A stretch of DNA of 34,966 nt from an uncultured Ruminococcus sp. GTDB lineage: Bacteria > Bacillota > Clostridia > Oscillospirales > CAG-272. The translations under genes and the position numbers were made by a program. The notes under the pieces were generated by a model, which saw only the letters and a program-made list of their open reading frames with translations, was not told where the DNA came from and searched no databases. The DNA is taken from the NCBI GenBank assembly GCA_902803255.1, contig CADCPG010000066.1, forward strand, positions 1 to 34,966. Direction: 5' to 3'. This document shows positions 1 through 8,525 of this stretch, piece by piece; position 1 is the first letter of the stretch, and every line of letters begins with the position of its first letter.

Positions 1-37
1 AAAAAAGAAAAACGGGTGAATCAGCGCCGAAAAACCG

Positions 38-66
38 TTGCTTTTTTTCCGCAGTTATGATATAAT
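38..66 (+). promoter_or_regulatory. Sigma-A (sigma-70) type promoter upstream of rpsB
   Basis: TTGCTT (38-43), 17-nt spacer, TGaTATAAT (58-66, extended -10). Lies about 130 nt upstream of the rpsB start. Confidence 0.55.
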
Positions 67-197
67 ATTGCAGTTTGCGCGGAATACCCGCGTATAAAAT
101 ACACACACATCACTCTCTCCCGCCGCGGTGCCGTCTCACGGACGGTCGGCGCGCCGAATGATGTGGTGGAAAAACCAAATTCAGGAGGACATTGAAA

Positions 198-938
198 ATG
201 TCAGTCGTCACCATCAAGCAGCTGCTTGAAGCAGGCGTCCATTTCGGACACCACACCAGAAGATGGAACCCCAAGATGCAGGAGTACATCTTCACCGAAA
301 GAAACGGCATCTACATCATCGACCTCAACAAGACGGTCAAGAAGTTCGACGAAGCCTACGCATACGTGCGCGAGCTCTCCGAGAACGGCGGCACCCTTCT
401 TTTCGTCGGCACCAAGAAACAGGCTTCCGACGCCATCAAGGAAGAGGCCGAGCGCTGCGGCATGTACTACGTCAACGTGAGATGGCCGGGCGGAATGATG
501 ACCAACTTCAACACGATCAAGAAGTCGATCAACAAGCTCAACACTCTCGCGAAGATGAGCGAGGACGGAACCTGGGATTCGCTCACAAAGAAGGAAGCCG
601 CCGCGAAGCAGAAGGAACTTTCCGACCTTGAAAAGAACTACGGCGGCATCAAGAACATGACCACGCTTCCTTCGGCCGTCTTCATCGTCGACCCCAAGAA
701 AGAGGCCAACGCCGTTCTCGAAGCCAAGAAGCTCGGCATCCCCGTGATCGCCATCGTCGATACGAACTGCGACCCCGATGACGCCGATTACATCATCCCC
801 GGAAACGACGACGCCATCAGAGCCATCAAGCTCATCTCGTCGCTGCTTGCCGACGCCGTCATCGAAGGCCGTCAGGGCGAACAGCAGGAAGAGCCGGCCG
901 AGGCCGCCGAAGAGCCCGCCGCTCCCGCCGAGGAATGA
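198..938 (+). CDS. rpsB: 30S ribosomal protein S2
   Basis: [27 protein letters not shown]... is a typical S2 N-terminus. AGGAGG at 184-189 sits 8 nt before the ATG at 198. The ORF track opens at TTG 192, which is too close to the SD. Confidence 0.97.
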   Translation: MSVVTIKQLLEAGVHFGHHTRRWNPKMQEYIFTERNGIYIIDLNKTVKKFDEAYAYVRELSENGGTLLFVGTKKQASDAIKEEAERCGMYYVNVRWPGGMMTNFNTIKKSINKLNTLAKMSEDGTWDSLTKKEAAAKQKELSDLEKNYGGIKNMTTLPSAVFIVDPKKEANAVLEAKKLGIPVIAIVDTNCDPDDADYIIPGNDDAIRAIKLISSLLADAVIEGRQGEQQEEPAEAAEEPAAPAEE

Positions 939-977
939 TCCGCGACACTGCCAGATAAAACAAGGAGAAAACTATAA

Positions 978-1916
978 ATGGCTACTATTTCAGCAAAAGA
1001 CGTTGCCGCTCTTCGCGCTAAGACCGGCATCGGAATGATGGAATGCAAGAAGGCTCTCGTCGAGGCCGAGGGCGATATGGAAAAGGCTCTCAAGCTCCTC
1101 AGGGAAAGAGGACTTGCCGTCGCCGCCAAGAAGGAAAGCAGGATCGCGGCCGAGGGCGTCGTTGACATTCTCACCGAGAACAACGTCTCCGCCGTCATCG
1201 AAGTCAACTCAGAGACCGACTTCGTCGCCCGCAACCAGGCGTTCCGCGATTTCGTCAGAGCTCTGCTCAAGACCGTCATCGCCGAAAGACCCGCCGATGT
1301 CGATGCCCTTATGCAGTGCAAATACGCCGATGATCCCTCGGTGACCGTCGACGCCAAGCTCAGCGAGATGCGCTTCACCATCGGCGAAAAGATCAGCATC
1401 AGACGCTTCGAGGTCCGTGAGGGCTTCACCGGCACATACGTGCACCACGACTCCAGCACCGCCGTCATCGTCTGCTTCGACGCCGACCCCGCCGCGGCCG
1501 CTACCGACGCCTTCGCCAAACTCGCGAAGAACATCGCCCTCCAGATCGCCGGCAACACCCCGTCGCCGACTTACGTGAGCAGGGAACAGGTCCCCGCAGC
1601 GGTATACGAGGAGGAGAAGAACATTCAGATCGCCGCTCTCAAGAACGATCCGAAGAACGCGAACAAGCCCGAGAACATCCTCGAAAAGATAGTTATCGGA
1701 AGAATGGGCAAGTTCTACGAGAACGTCTGCCTGCTCGACCAGCCCTACATTCTTGACGACGAACTCACCGTGGCGAAGTACATTGCCTCCGCGGCGAAGG
1801 AGATAGGCTCTCCCGTCAAAGTTAAGGAATTCATCCTCTACAACAGAGGCGAAGGCCTTCAGAAGAGAGAGGACAACTTCGCTGAAGAGATCGCCCAGAT
1901 GACGGGCAAGGCCTGA
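978..1916 (+). CDS. tsf: Translation elongation factor Ts
   Basis: MATISAKDVAALRAKTGIGMMECKKALVEAEGDMEKALKLLRERG is the UBA-like EF-Ts N-terminus. SD AAGGAG lies upstream and the gene follows rpsB as in most bacteria. Confidence 0.97.
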   Translation: MATISAKDVAALRAKTGIGMMECKKALVEAEGDMEKALKLLRERGLAVAAKKESRIAAEGVVDILTENNVSAVIEVNSETDFVARNQAFRDFVRALLKTVIAERPADVDALMQCKYADDPSVTVDAKLSEMRFTIGEKISIRRFEVREGFTGTYVHHDSSTAVIVCFDADPAAAATDAFAKLAKNIALQIAGNTPSPTYVSREQVPAAVYEEEKNIQIAALKNDPKNANKPENILEKIVIGRMGKFYENVCLLDQPYILDDELTVAKYIASAAKEIGSPVKVKEFILYNRGEGLQKREDNFAEEIAQMTGKA

Positions 1917-1958
1917 TCGGCCGCTCTCACTGCCGGCATCGAGCCGTATCATAAAAGA

Positions 1959-1989
1959 CCGGAAGACGGAAACGCCTTCCGGCCTTTTT
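1959..1989 (+). terminator. Rho-independent terminator after tsf
   Basis: Stem CCGGAAG (1959-1965) pairs with CTTCCGG (1976-1982) around a 10-nt loop, followed by TTTTT (1985-1989). Confidence 0.7.
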
Positions 1990-2017
1990 CTAGCCGCCGT
2001 CCGCCGATATATATATA

Positions 2018-2046
2018 TTGACAAAACGGCGGAAAAAAGATATAAT
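2018..2046 (+). promoter_or_regulatory. Consensus sigma-A promoter for the pyrH-frr-...-polC unit
   Basis: TTGACA (2018-2023), exactly 17 nt, TATAAT (2041-2046). It is preceded by an (AT)n UP-like tract at 2007-2017. Confidence 0.7.
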
Positions 2047-2155
2047 ATTATGATTAAATATACAATCAGGCGGGACAGGCTCCGGCCGTAGCGCCGGCCA
2101 CGCACCGCATTTACGGGATCCCAGATCATTTTTTACGGAAACGGGGACTTTTATC

Positions 2156-2902
2156 ATGAACAGAAACGCCGATCTCCCGAACAGGGGATACAAGTACCGA
2201 AGGGTGCTGCTGAAACTTTCCGGTGAAGCGGTATCCGGTCGCGGAAACGGGGACGCCGCCGGGATCATCGATTTCCCGCTGCTCGACCGTATAGCGCAGA
2301 CGCTGACGAAGCTCGCCGCCGACGGCCTTGAGGTCGCGGTCATTTTCGGCGCCGGCAACATCTGGAGAGGCCGCAGCGGCGGCGGTATGGACAGGGTCAC
2401 CGCCGACAGGATGGGCATGCTCGCGACCGTCATAAACTGCTTGGCCGGTATGGACGCCGTAAGGAGAGCCGGAGGAAAAGCCGTGCTCTTCACGTCGACG
2501 CCCATGATGCCGTACGGTGAATACTACTCGACCGACAGGGCAAAGGCCGCCCTCGCCGAGGGGAACGTCGTCTTCTTCGGCGGCGGGACCGGCTCCCCCT
2601 ACTTCTCGACCGACACGGCCGGCATCCTCCGCGCCGCGGAGATCGGAGCCGATGTTTTCCTGCTGGCAAAAAACATCGACGGGATCTACAGCGGCGACCC
2701 GAGAAAAGACAGCTCCGCCGTCAAATACGGGAAGATCACCTATTCCGACATGATGGAAAAGCAGCTCAAGGGCATCGATCTGACCGCTTCGGCGTTCGGA
2801 GCAGATTTCGGCCCCGAGGCTTTCGCTTTCCTCCTTTCGGACCCCGAGGACATAGTCAGGGCCGTCAGGGGCGGGTGCGACGGGACTGTCATTACGAAAT
2901 GA
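2156..2902 (+). CDS. pyrH: UMP kinase
   Basis: YRRVLLKLSGEA, FGAGNIWRG and FFGGGTGSPYFSTDTA are amino-acid-kinase family UMP kinase motifs. Position between tsf and frr is conserved. Confidence 0.95.
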   Translation: MNRNADLPNRGYKYRRVLLKLSGEAVSGRGNGDAAGIIDFPLLDRIAQTLTKLAADGLEVAVIFGAGNIWRGRSGGGMDRVTADRMGMLATVINCLAGMDAVRRAGGKAVLFTSTPMMPYGEYYSTDRAKAALAEGNVVFFGGGTGSPYFSTDTAGILRAAEIGADVFLLAKNIDGIYSGDPRKDSSAVKYGKITYSDMMEKQLKGIDLTASAFGADFGPEAFAFLLSDPEDIVRAVRGGCDGTVITK

Positions 2903-2940
2903 AATCAGAATACTGAAAATACAAATACGGAGGCATAGTG

Positions 2941-3495
2941 ATGAAACTTGATTGCGCTTCATATGAAGACAGAATGAAAAAATCGATCGCCGCTTTTGAA
3001 GAGGAGCTTTCGATGATCAGAGCCGGCAGGGCCAACCCCGCGCTTCTCAACGGAATTAGCTTCGAGTACTACGGCGCTCCCACCCCCCTCAACACGATGG
3101 CAGACATCAAGGTTACCGACGCCAAGACGATCACGGTATCGCCCTATGACCAGAGCACGCTCAAGGCCATCGAGAAGGCCATTCTCGCGTCCGACATCGG
3201 CATCACACCCAACAACGACGGCAAATGCCTGAGGCTCGTATTCCCGCAGCCCTCCGAGGAGCGCCGCCGCGAACTCTCCAAGCAGATCCAGAAGATGAGC
3301 GAGGAGGCCAAGGTGGCCATCCGCAATATCAGACGTGACGCCAACGAGAAATGCAAGAAGATGAAAAAAGACTCCGAGATGACCGAGGATGAACAGAAGG
3401 CTTCCGAGAAGAAGGTCCAGGACCTGACTGACAGGTACATTAAGGAAGTCGAATCGGTGACCGCGAACAAAGTCGCGGAGATAATGGAGGTCTGA
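2941..3495 (+). CDS. frr: Ribosome recycling factor
   Basis: 185-aa RRF-like sequence (IRAGRANPALLNGI...YYGAPTPLNTMA...ITPNNDG...LRLVFPQPSEERRRELSK). GGAGG at 2929-2933 favours the ATG at 2941 over the GTG at 2938. Confidence 0.96.
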   Translation: MKLDCASYEDRMKKSIAAFEEELSMIRAGRANPALLNGISFEYYGAPTPLNTMADIKVTDAKTITVSPYDQSTLKAIEKAILASDIGITPNNDGKCLRLVFPQPSEERRRELSKQIQKMSEEAKVAIRNIRRDANEKCKKMKKDSEMTEDEQKASEKKVQDLTDRYIKEVESVTANKVAEIMEV

Positions 3496-3549
3496 TCCAC
3501 CGGTATGGCTGGAAAGACCGGAACTATCACGCCTTCGAAGGAGACGAGC

Positions 3550-4266
3550 ATGAGACTCGTCTCCTCCGGAGGGCTGCGTCACATCGCTTTCATTATGGAC
3601 GGTAACGGCCGGTGGGCGGAGCGCAGGGGACTCCCCAGAAGGTTCGGGCACAGCCACGGAGCGTCAAAGTTCAAGGAGATAGTGCGCTACTGCGGTGATA
3701 TAGGCATACGCTACGTCACCGTTTACGCCTTCTCCACAGAGAACTGGTCGCGGCCCGAGGCCGAGGTCGACACCATCATGGGCCTTCTTTCGGACTATCT
3801 CGACGACTGCGAGAAGACCGCTGAGAAGGACAGCCTGCGCATGCGCTTCATAGGAGACCTGTCGCGCTTCGACGACGGCTTCCGGTCGCGCGTCGCGGCG
3901 CTCGAAGCCCGGACGTCAGGCTACCGGAACTCGCTGAACGTCGCGCTGAATTACGGAGGCCGCGACGAGATCGTAAGGGCGTGCCGGAAGCTGGCGGAGT
4001 CGGGACGTGAGATAACCGAGGAGTCGGTGGGAGACGCTCTCGACACGTCGGGCATCCCCGAACCCGATCTCATCGTGCGGACGGCGGGCGAGAAGAGACT
4101 GTCGAATTTTCTTATGTGGCAGTCGGCATATTCCGAACTGTATTTCACCGATACGCTCTGGCCGGATATGACTCCGGCCGAGGTCGACAGGGCCGTAGCG
4201 GACTTTTTTTCGCGCGGCAGAAGATTCGGCGGTGTAAAGAACATTAAAGACAGGTCTGACGGATGA
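3550..4266 (+). CDS. uppS: Undecaprenyl-diphosphate synthase (isoprenyl transferase)
   Basis: HIAFIMDGNGRWAERRGLPR and YAFSTENWSRP are cis-prenyltransferase motifs. AAGGAG (3538-3543) lies 6 nt before the ATG at 3550. An in-frame ATG at 3505 is an alternative start. Confidence 0.92.
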   Translation: MRLVSSGGLRHIAFIMDGNGRWAERRGLPRRFGHSHGASKFKEIVRYCGDIGIRYVTVYAFSTENWSRPEAEVDTIMGLLSDYLDDCEKTAEKDSLRMRFIGDLSRFDDGFRSRVAALEARTSGYRNSLNVALNYGGRDEIVRACRKLAESGREITEESVGDALDTSGIPEPDLIVRTAGEKRLSNFLMWQSAYSELYFTDTLWPDMTPAEVDRAVADFFSRGRRFGGVKNIKDRSDG

Positions 4267-4267
4267 G

Positions 4268-5098
4268 ATGAAAAAAAGGATTATCACAGCTTTCGGGATG
4301 GCGGTCGTATTCGTGCCGGTGCTCTTCTTCACCGATACCTTCGCGCTTCCGCTGGCATGCGCGGTTCTTTCCGGATTCGCCGCATACGAGATACTCGACT
4401 GCTGCGGCATACGTAAAAACATACATATGACGGTGTTCTCGGTGCTCTTCGCGGCGCTGATGCCTTTCGCCGCGAGATATCTTCCCGCGACGAGATTCTT
4501 TACGGCTGTTTTCCCTCTTTGCGCGCTGACCGTGGTGTTCTTCCTCGTATGCGCCGCTTTCTCCGACGAGAAGATACCGCTGAAGGAGTCGGCTGTATCG
4601 TCGGCCATCCTGATCTATTCGTCCGTCGGTTTCTCGGCGCTCGTCCTGATCAACGACATCGACGGACACGGATTCTATCTCTTCCTCGCGGTTATAATCT
4701 CGGCGTGGGCTACCGATATGTTCGCATATTTCACCGGAATGCTCTTCGGAAAGCACAAACTGATCCCGAAGGTCAGTCCTAAAAAAACTGTCGAGGGCGC
4801 CGTCGGAGGCGTGGTGTGCTCGGTCGGCTCGATGATCCTTTACGGTTTTATCGTCAGCAGGGTGTCGCCAGAGATCAGACCCAACTATCTCGTCATCGGC
4901 ATCGCGACGCTCTTCACCTCCGTCCTGTCCCAGGCCGGAGATCTCATTATGTCGGCCCTTAAGCGGACGTACGGCATCAAGGATTTCGGGAAGATCTTCC
5001 CGGGGCACGGCGGCGTGCTCGACCGGTTCGATTCGGTGATAGCCGTCTCGTGCATCATGTTTCTCGCCGGTTCGCTCTTCAGTTTCTTCACGGCATAA
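4268..5098 (+). CDS. cdsA: Phosphatidate cytidylyltransferase (CDP-diglyceride synthase)
   Basis: Polytopic membrane protein with the CdsA signature region SPKKTVEGAVGG...SQAGDLIMSALKRTYGIKDFGKIFPGHGGVLDRFDS. Follows uppS as in other Firmicutes. Confidence 0.92.
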   Translation: MKKRIITAFGMAVVFVPVLFFTDTFALPLACAVLSGFAAYEILDCCGIRKNIHMTVFSVLFAALMPFAARYLPATRFFTAVFPLCALTVVFFLVCAAFSDEKIPLKESAVSSAILIYSSVGFSALVLINDIDGHGFYLFLAVIISAWATDMFAYFTGMLFGKHKLIPKVSPKKTVEGAVGGVVCSVGSMILYGFIVSRVSPEIRPNYLVIGIATLFTSVLSQAGDLIMSALKRTYGIKDFGKIFPGHGGVLDRFDSVIAVSCIMFLAGSLFSFFTA

Positions 5099-5152
5099 CG
5101 GCCCGCTCCCGCATACCCCCAAAAACGATCATCAGGCGGAAGATATTTGATC

Positions 5153-6376
5153 ATGACATCAGACGGACGCGCGGTATCCCGCGCCTGTGAAAACGAAAAG
5201 AGAACAAAGTCGTGCCTCACGAGCGCGCCTGGGATAATGATCCTCGGAGCCACCGGATCGGTGGGCTCGCAGGCGGCGGACGTCGCTCAAAAGCGCGGGT
5301 ACGACGTCAGGGCGGTATCCGCGAACCGCAACTCGAAGGCGGTCGAGGATCTGTGCAGGCTCTTCCGGCCCGAGGCGGCCGCCATGGCGGACGAGGGTGC
5401 CGCGGCAGACCTCAAGGTCCGGGTGGCCGACATCGGAACGAAGGTCTATTCGGGCTCTGACGGGCTGACCGAGATGATCCGCTCGGTATCCGCCGATACC
5501 GTCGTCAACGCGGTGAGCGGCGCGGCAGGGCTCGCTCCGACACTCGCGGCGATGGAGAGCGGAATGAGGCTCGCCCTGGCCAACAAGGAATCCCTCGTGA
5601 TCGCCGGCGACGCCGTAATGAGCGAAGCCCGTCGGACGGGGACCGAGATAATACCCGTCGACAGCGAGCATTCGGCCATTTTCCAGTGCCTGAAGTCGGG
5701 CGGGGACGGAGAGGCGAGAGAACTGATACTCACCGCGTCGGGAGGCCCGTTTTTCGGCATGAAGCGGGCGGAACTCGGCTCGATCACCCCCGAGCGGGCG
5801 CTCGACCACCCCGTGTGGAAGATGGGGGCGGAGATCACGGTTGACAGCGCGACGCTTATGAACAAGGGATTCGAGGTCATAGAGGCGTCGAAGCTTTTCG
5901 GCATGCCGGGCGGCAGCATATCCGTCCTCGTGCACAGACAGGGCGTCGTCCATTCGCTCGTACGGTTCGCCGACAACTCCTATATCGCGCAGATGTCGAA
6001 GCCCGACATGAGGCTTTGCGTCGAATACGCCGTCGATTATCCGCACAGGACCTTCCCCGTGATAGACCGCCTCGATCTGACGTCTGTCGGTCCCATCACT
6101 TTCGAGAAGCCCGACACAGAGACTTTCGTCCCGCTCTCGCTCGCATATCACGCGCTTAAGGCCGGAGGGGCGCTTCCGGCGGTGCTGCACGCGGCAAATT
6201 CCGCCGCGGTGTCGGCGTTCTTAAAAAAGAATATCGGCTTTACCGGTATATTCGACATACTGGAGAAGACGGTCGCGCGCTTCACGGACTCCGCCTCCTG
6301 CTCCGAGCTTCCCGATATCCTCTCGGCTGCCGCCGAAGCGGAAAGGTATGCCGCGTCTCTCGCGGCAGGAAAATGA
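5153..6376 (+). CDS. dxr: 1-deoxy-D-xylulose 5-phosphate reductoisomerase
   Basis: ILGATGSVGSQ (NADPH-binding loop), LANKESLV, PVDSEHSAIFQC and ASGGPF are Dxr motifs. The start is uncertain: TTG 5147, ATG 5153, or ATG 5237, which sits immediately before the conserved N-terminus. Confidence 0.93.
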   Translation: MTSDGRAVSRACENEKRTKSCLTSAPGIMILGATGSVGSQAADVAQKRGYDVRAVSANRNSKAVEDLCRLFRPEAAAMADEGAAADLKVRVADIGTKVYSGSDGLTEMIRSVSADTVVNAVSGAAGLAPTLAAMESGMRLALANKESLVIAGDAVMSEARRTGTEIIPVDSEHSAIFQCLKSGGDGEARELILTASGGPFFGMKRAELGSITPERALDHPVWKMGAEITVDSATLMNKGFEVIEASKLFGMPGGSISVLVHRQGVVHSLVRFADNSYIAQMSKPDMRLCVEYAVDYPHRTFPVIDRLDLTSVGPITFEKPDTETFVPLSLAYHALKAGGALPAVLHAANSAAVSAFLKKNIGFTGIFDILEKTVARFTDSASCSELPDILSAAAEAERYAASLAAGK

Positions 6377-6412
6377 CACCGCCCCCGGCGGTAACATCTT
6401 ATCTTATCTGAA

Positions 6413-7438
6413 ATGTGGTTTCTTTATCTGTTGCTCACACTGTTGCTGCTTGACATACTAGTCGTCCTTCACGAAGGGGGACATTTTCTCGTTGCCAGGC
6501 TCTGCGGTATCAAAGTACTTGAATTCTCGGTCGGTATGGGCCCCAAGGTGCTCTCGCACGTATCGAAGAAGAGCGGGATACGCTATTCGTTCCGCGCCTT
6601 CCCGATAGGGGGCTATGTGCAGATGGAGGGAGAGGACGGCGAATCCGACGAGCAGGGCTCTTTTTCTTCGATGCCGCTGTATAAGCGGTTTGCCACTGTC
6701 CTTGCCGGCCCGTTCGTAAATATCCTCATCGGGTTTTTATGCATGTTCTTCATCGTGCTTTTCTCGACGCCCGTCTCGACCGTCGTAGCCGATTTTCAGG
6801 ACGGCGCGACGAGCCCCGGGTACGGACTTGCAGCGGGCGACAAGATCATAAAGGTCGGTCCGACGAGAGTCCACAGCGGCAGCGAGCTCGTTTACGAGAT
6901 CCTGAACCGCGGATATGAACCGGTCGACCTGACAGTTATTCGCGACGGCGAAAAGATCCTGCTCCCGGGCGTGGTATTCCCGACCGAAGAGGAGGAGGGC
7001 ACATCCTTCGGCAGATACGACTTCGTGCTTTACGCCATGCGAAAGACTCCCGGCAATCTGCTCGAGCAGGCCTTCTTCAGATCAGTATCGACGGTCAAGA
7101 TGGTATTCGACTCGATCGGAGGGCTCGTCACCGGACGGTTCGGAGTCGATTCTGTCTCGGGTCCCATTGGCATATCATCTGCCGTCGGAGAGGCCGCTAA
7201 GGCCGGTTTTTCCAGTCTGTTCTACCTGTTTACCGTCATTTCGGTCAACCTCGGCATCATGAACCTCCTGCCTCTTCCGGCGCTTGACGGCGGAAGGATA
7301 CTCATGCTCCTCATCGAACTCGTGATCCGGAGGAAGGTGAAGCCGGAGGTCGAGGGGTATATCAACTTCGCCGGGATGGTGATCCTCCTGACCCTCACCG
7401 TGTTCATCACGGCAAAGGATATCATAAAACTGTTTTAA
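6413..7438 (+). CDS. rseP: Site-2 (M50) intramembrane zinc metalloprotease, RseP/RasP family
   Basis: HEGGH (HExxH) lies in the first TM segment and NLLPLPALDGG is the second M50 motif. There is a central PDZ-like segment. Conserved position after dxr. Confidence 0.9.
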   Translation: MWFLYLLLTLLLLDILVVLHEGGHFLVARLCGIKVLEFSVGMGPKVLSHVSKKSGIRYSFRAFPIGGYVQMEGEDGESDEQGSFSSMPLYKRFATVLAGPFVNILIGFLCMFFIVLFSTPVSTVVADFQDGATSPGYGLAAGDKIIKVGPTRVHSGSELVYEILNRGYEPVDLTVIRDGEKILLPGVVFPTEEEEGTSFGRYDFVLYAMRKTPGNLLEQAFFRSVSTVKMVFDSIGGLVTGRFGVDSVSGPIGISSAVGEAAKAGFSSLFYLFTVISVNLGIMNLLPLPALDGGRILMLLIELVIRRKVKPEVEGYINFAGMVILLTLTVFITAKDIIKLF

Positions 7439-7444
7439 GCTGCC

Positions 7445-8524
7445 ATGACAAAGAGAAAGATAACAAGGTCGGTGAACGTCGGAGGCGTCGTGATAGGCGG
7501 AGGGGCCCGGATCCCGATCCAGTCGATGACCAATACCGACACGAGGAACGCCGAAGCGACCGCGGCGCAGATCGCCGCGCTTCACGAGGCGGGCTGCGAC
7601 ATAGTTAGATTCACCGTTCCGGACGCCGAAGCCGCCGAAGCCGCCGGCAGGATACGGAAGCTGACGGAGGGTATCCCGCTCGTGGCGGATATCCACTTCG
7701 ACTACAGGCTGGCACTCGCTTGCATCGACCGCGGGATCGACAAGATACGCATAAATCCCGGCAATATCGGCTCCGAGGAGGGAGTGAGGGCGGTCGCGAA
7801 GGCCTGCCTCTCGCGGCATATTCCGATACGCATAGGCGTCAACGGAGGATCGCTCGAGAAGAAGCTTCTCGAGAAGTACGGCTCCCCAACTCCCGAGGCG
7901 CTCTTCGAGTCGGCAGTCGGGCACATCAAACTGCTCGAAAGGTACGGATTCGAAGACATAGTCATCTCGGTAAAGTCATCCGACGTCACGGGTACGGTCG
8001 AGGCCAACAGATACATTTCCGAAAACTGTGACTTCCCGCTGCACATCGGCGTGACCGAGGCCGGCGGAAGAAGATCAGGCATAATCAAGAACGCCGCCGC
8101 ACTCGGAGCTCTCATATCATCCGGGATCGGTGACACCGTCAGGATATCGCTGACCGACGACCCGCTCGAGGAGGTGCGAGCGGCGAAGGAGATACTCCGC
8201 TCGCTGAGATGCACAGGCCACTCCGGGCTCGAGATAGTCTCATGCCCCACGTGCGGGCGGACCGGTATCGACCTTGTGCGGCTGGTATCCGAACTCGAGG
8301 CGGCCGTCGACCGCGAAGGCCTGCGCGACGTCCCGTGCAGGGTGGCTGTGATGGGCTGCGCCGTGAACGGCCCGGGGGAGGCGAGAGAGGCAGACTTCGG
8401 CGTCGCCGGCGGTAAGGGAGAGGCGCTCTTCTTCGAGCACGGGCGGATCATGGGAAAGATACCCGAGGACGGCATCGTGCCGTTCATCACAGACTGTCTT
8501 AAAAGCAGAAAAGAGAAAATGTGA
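7445..8524 (+). CDS. ispG: 4-hydroxy-3-methylbut-2-en-1-yl diphosphate synthase
   Basis: PIQSMTNTDT, INPGNIG and the C-terminal Fe-S cysteines (SCPTCGRT ... MGCAVNGPGEA) are typical of IspG/GcpE. Confidence 0.95.
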   Translation: MTKRKITRSVNVGGVVIGGGARIPIQSMTNTDTRNAEATAAQIAALHEAGCDIVRFTVPDAEAAEAAGRIRKLTEGIPLVADIHFDYRLALACIDRGIDKIRINPGNIGSEEGVRAVAKACLSRHIPIRIGVNGGSLEKKLLEKYGSPTPEALFESAVGHIKLLERYGFEDIVISVKSSDVTGTVEANRYISENCDFPLHIGVTEAGGRRSGIIKNAAALGALISSGIGDTVRISLTDDPLEEVRAAKEILRSLRCTGHSGLEIVSCPTCGRTGIDLVRLVSELEAAVDREGLRDVPCRVAVMGCAVNGPGEAREADFGVAGGKGEALFFEHGRIMGKIPEDGIVPFITDCLKSRKEKM

Positions 8525-8525
8525 T

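Noticed and set aside
2047-2155. Possible PyrR-type or attenuator control of pyrH (GAUCCCAGAUCA resembles part of the PyrR-binding loop UCCAGAGAGG, and a T6 run follows).
   Set aside because: The match is partial. The flanking sequence forms only a 4-bp GATC/GATC stem, so no credible terminator/antiterminator pair exists. pyrH is also not a known PyrR target.
5147-5236. Apparent N-terminal extension of about 30 aa on Dxr (MIMTSDGRAVSRACENEKRTKSCLTSAPGI).
   Set aside because: This is most likely a start-codon ambiguity rather than biology, since homologues begin a few residues before ILGATGSVG (ATG 5237). It is kept as an annotation uncertainty because 5237 lacks an SD while 5153 has a weak one.
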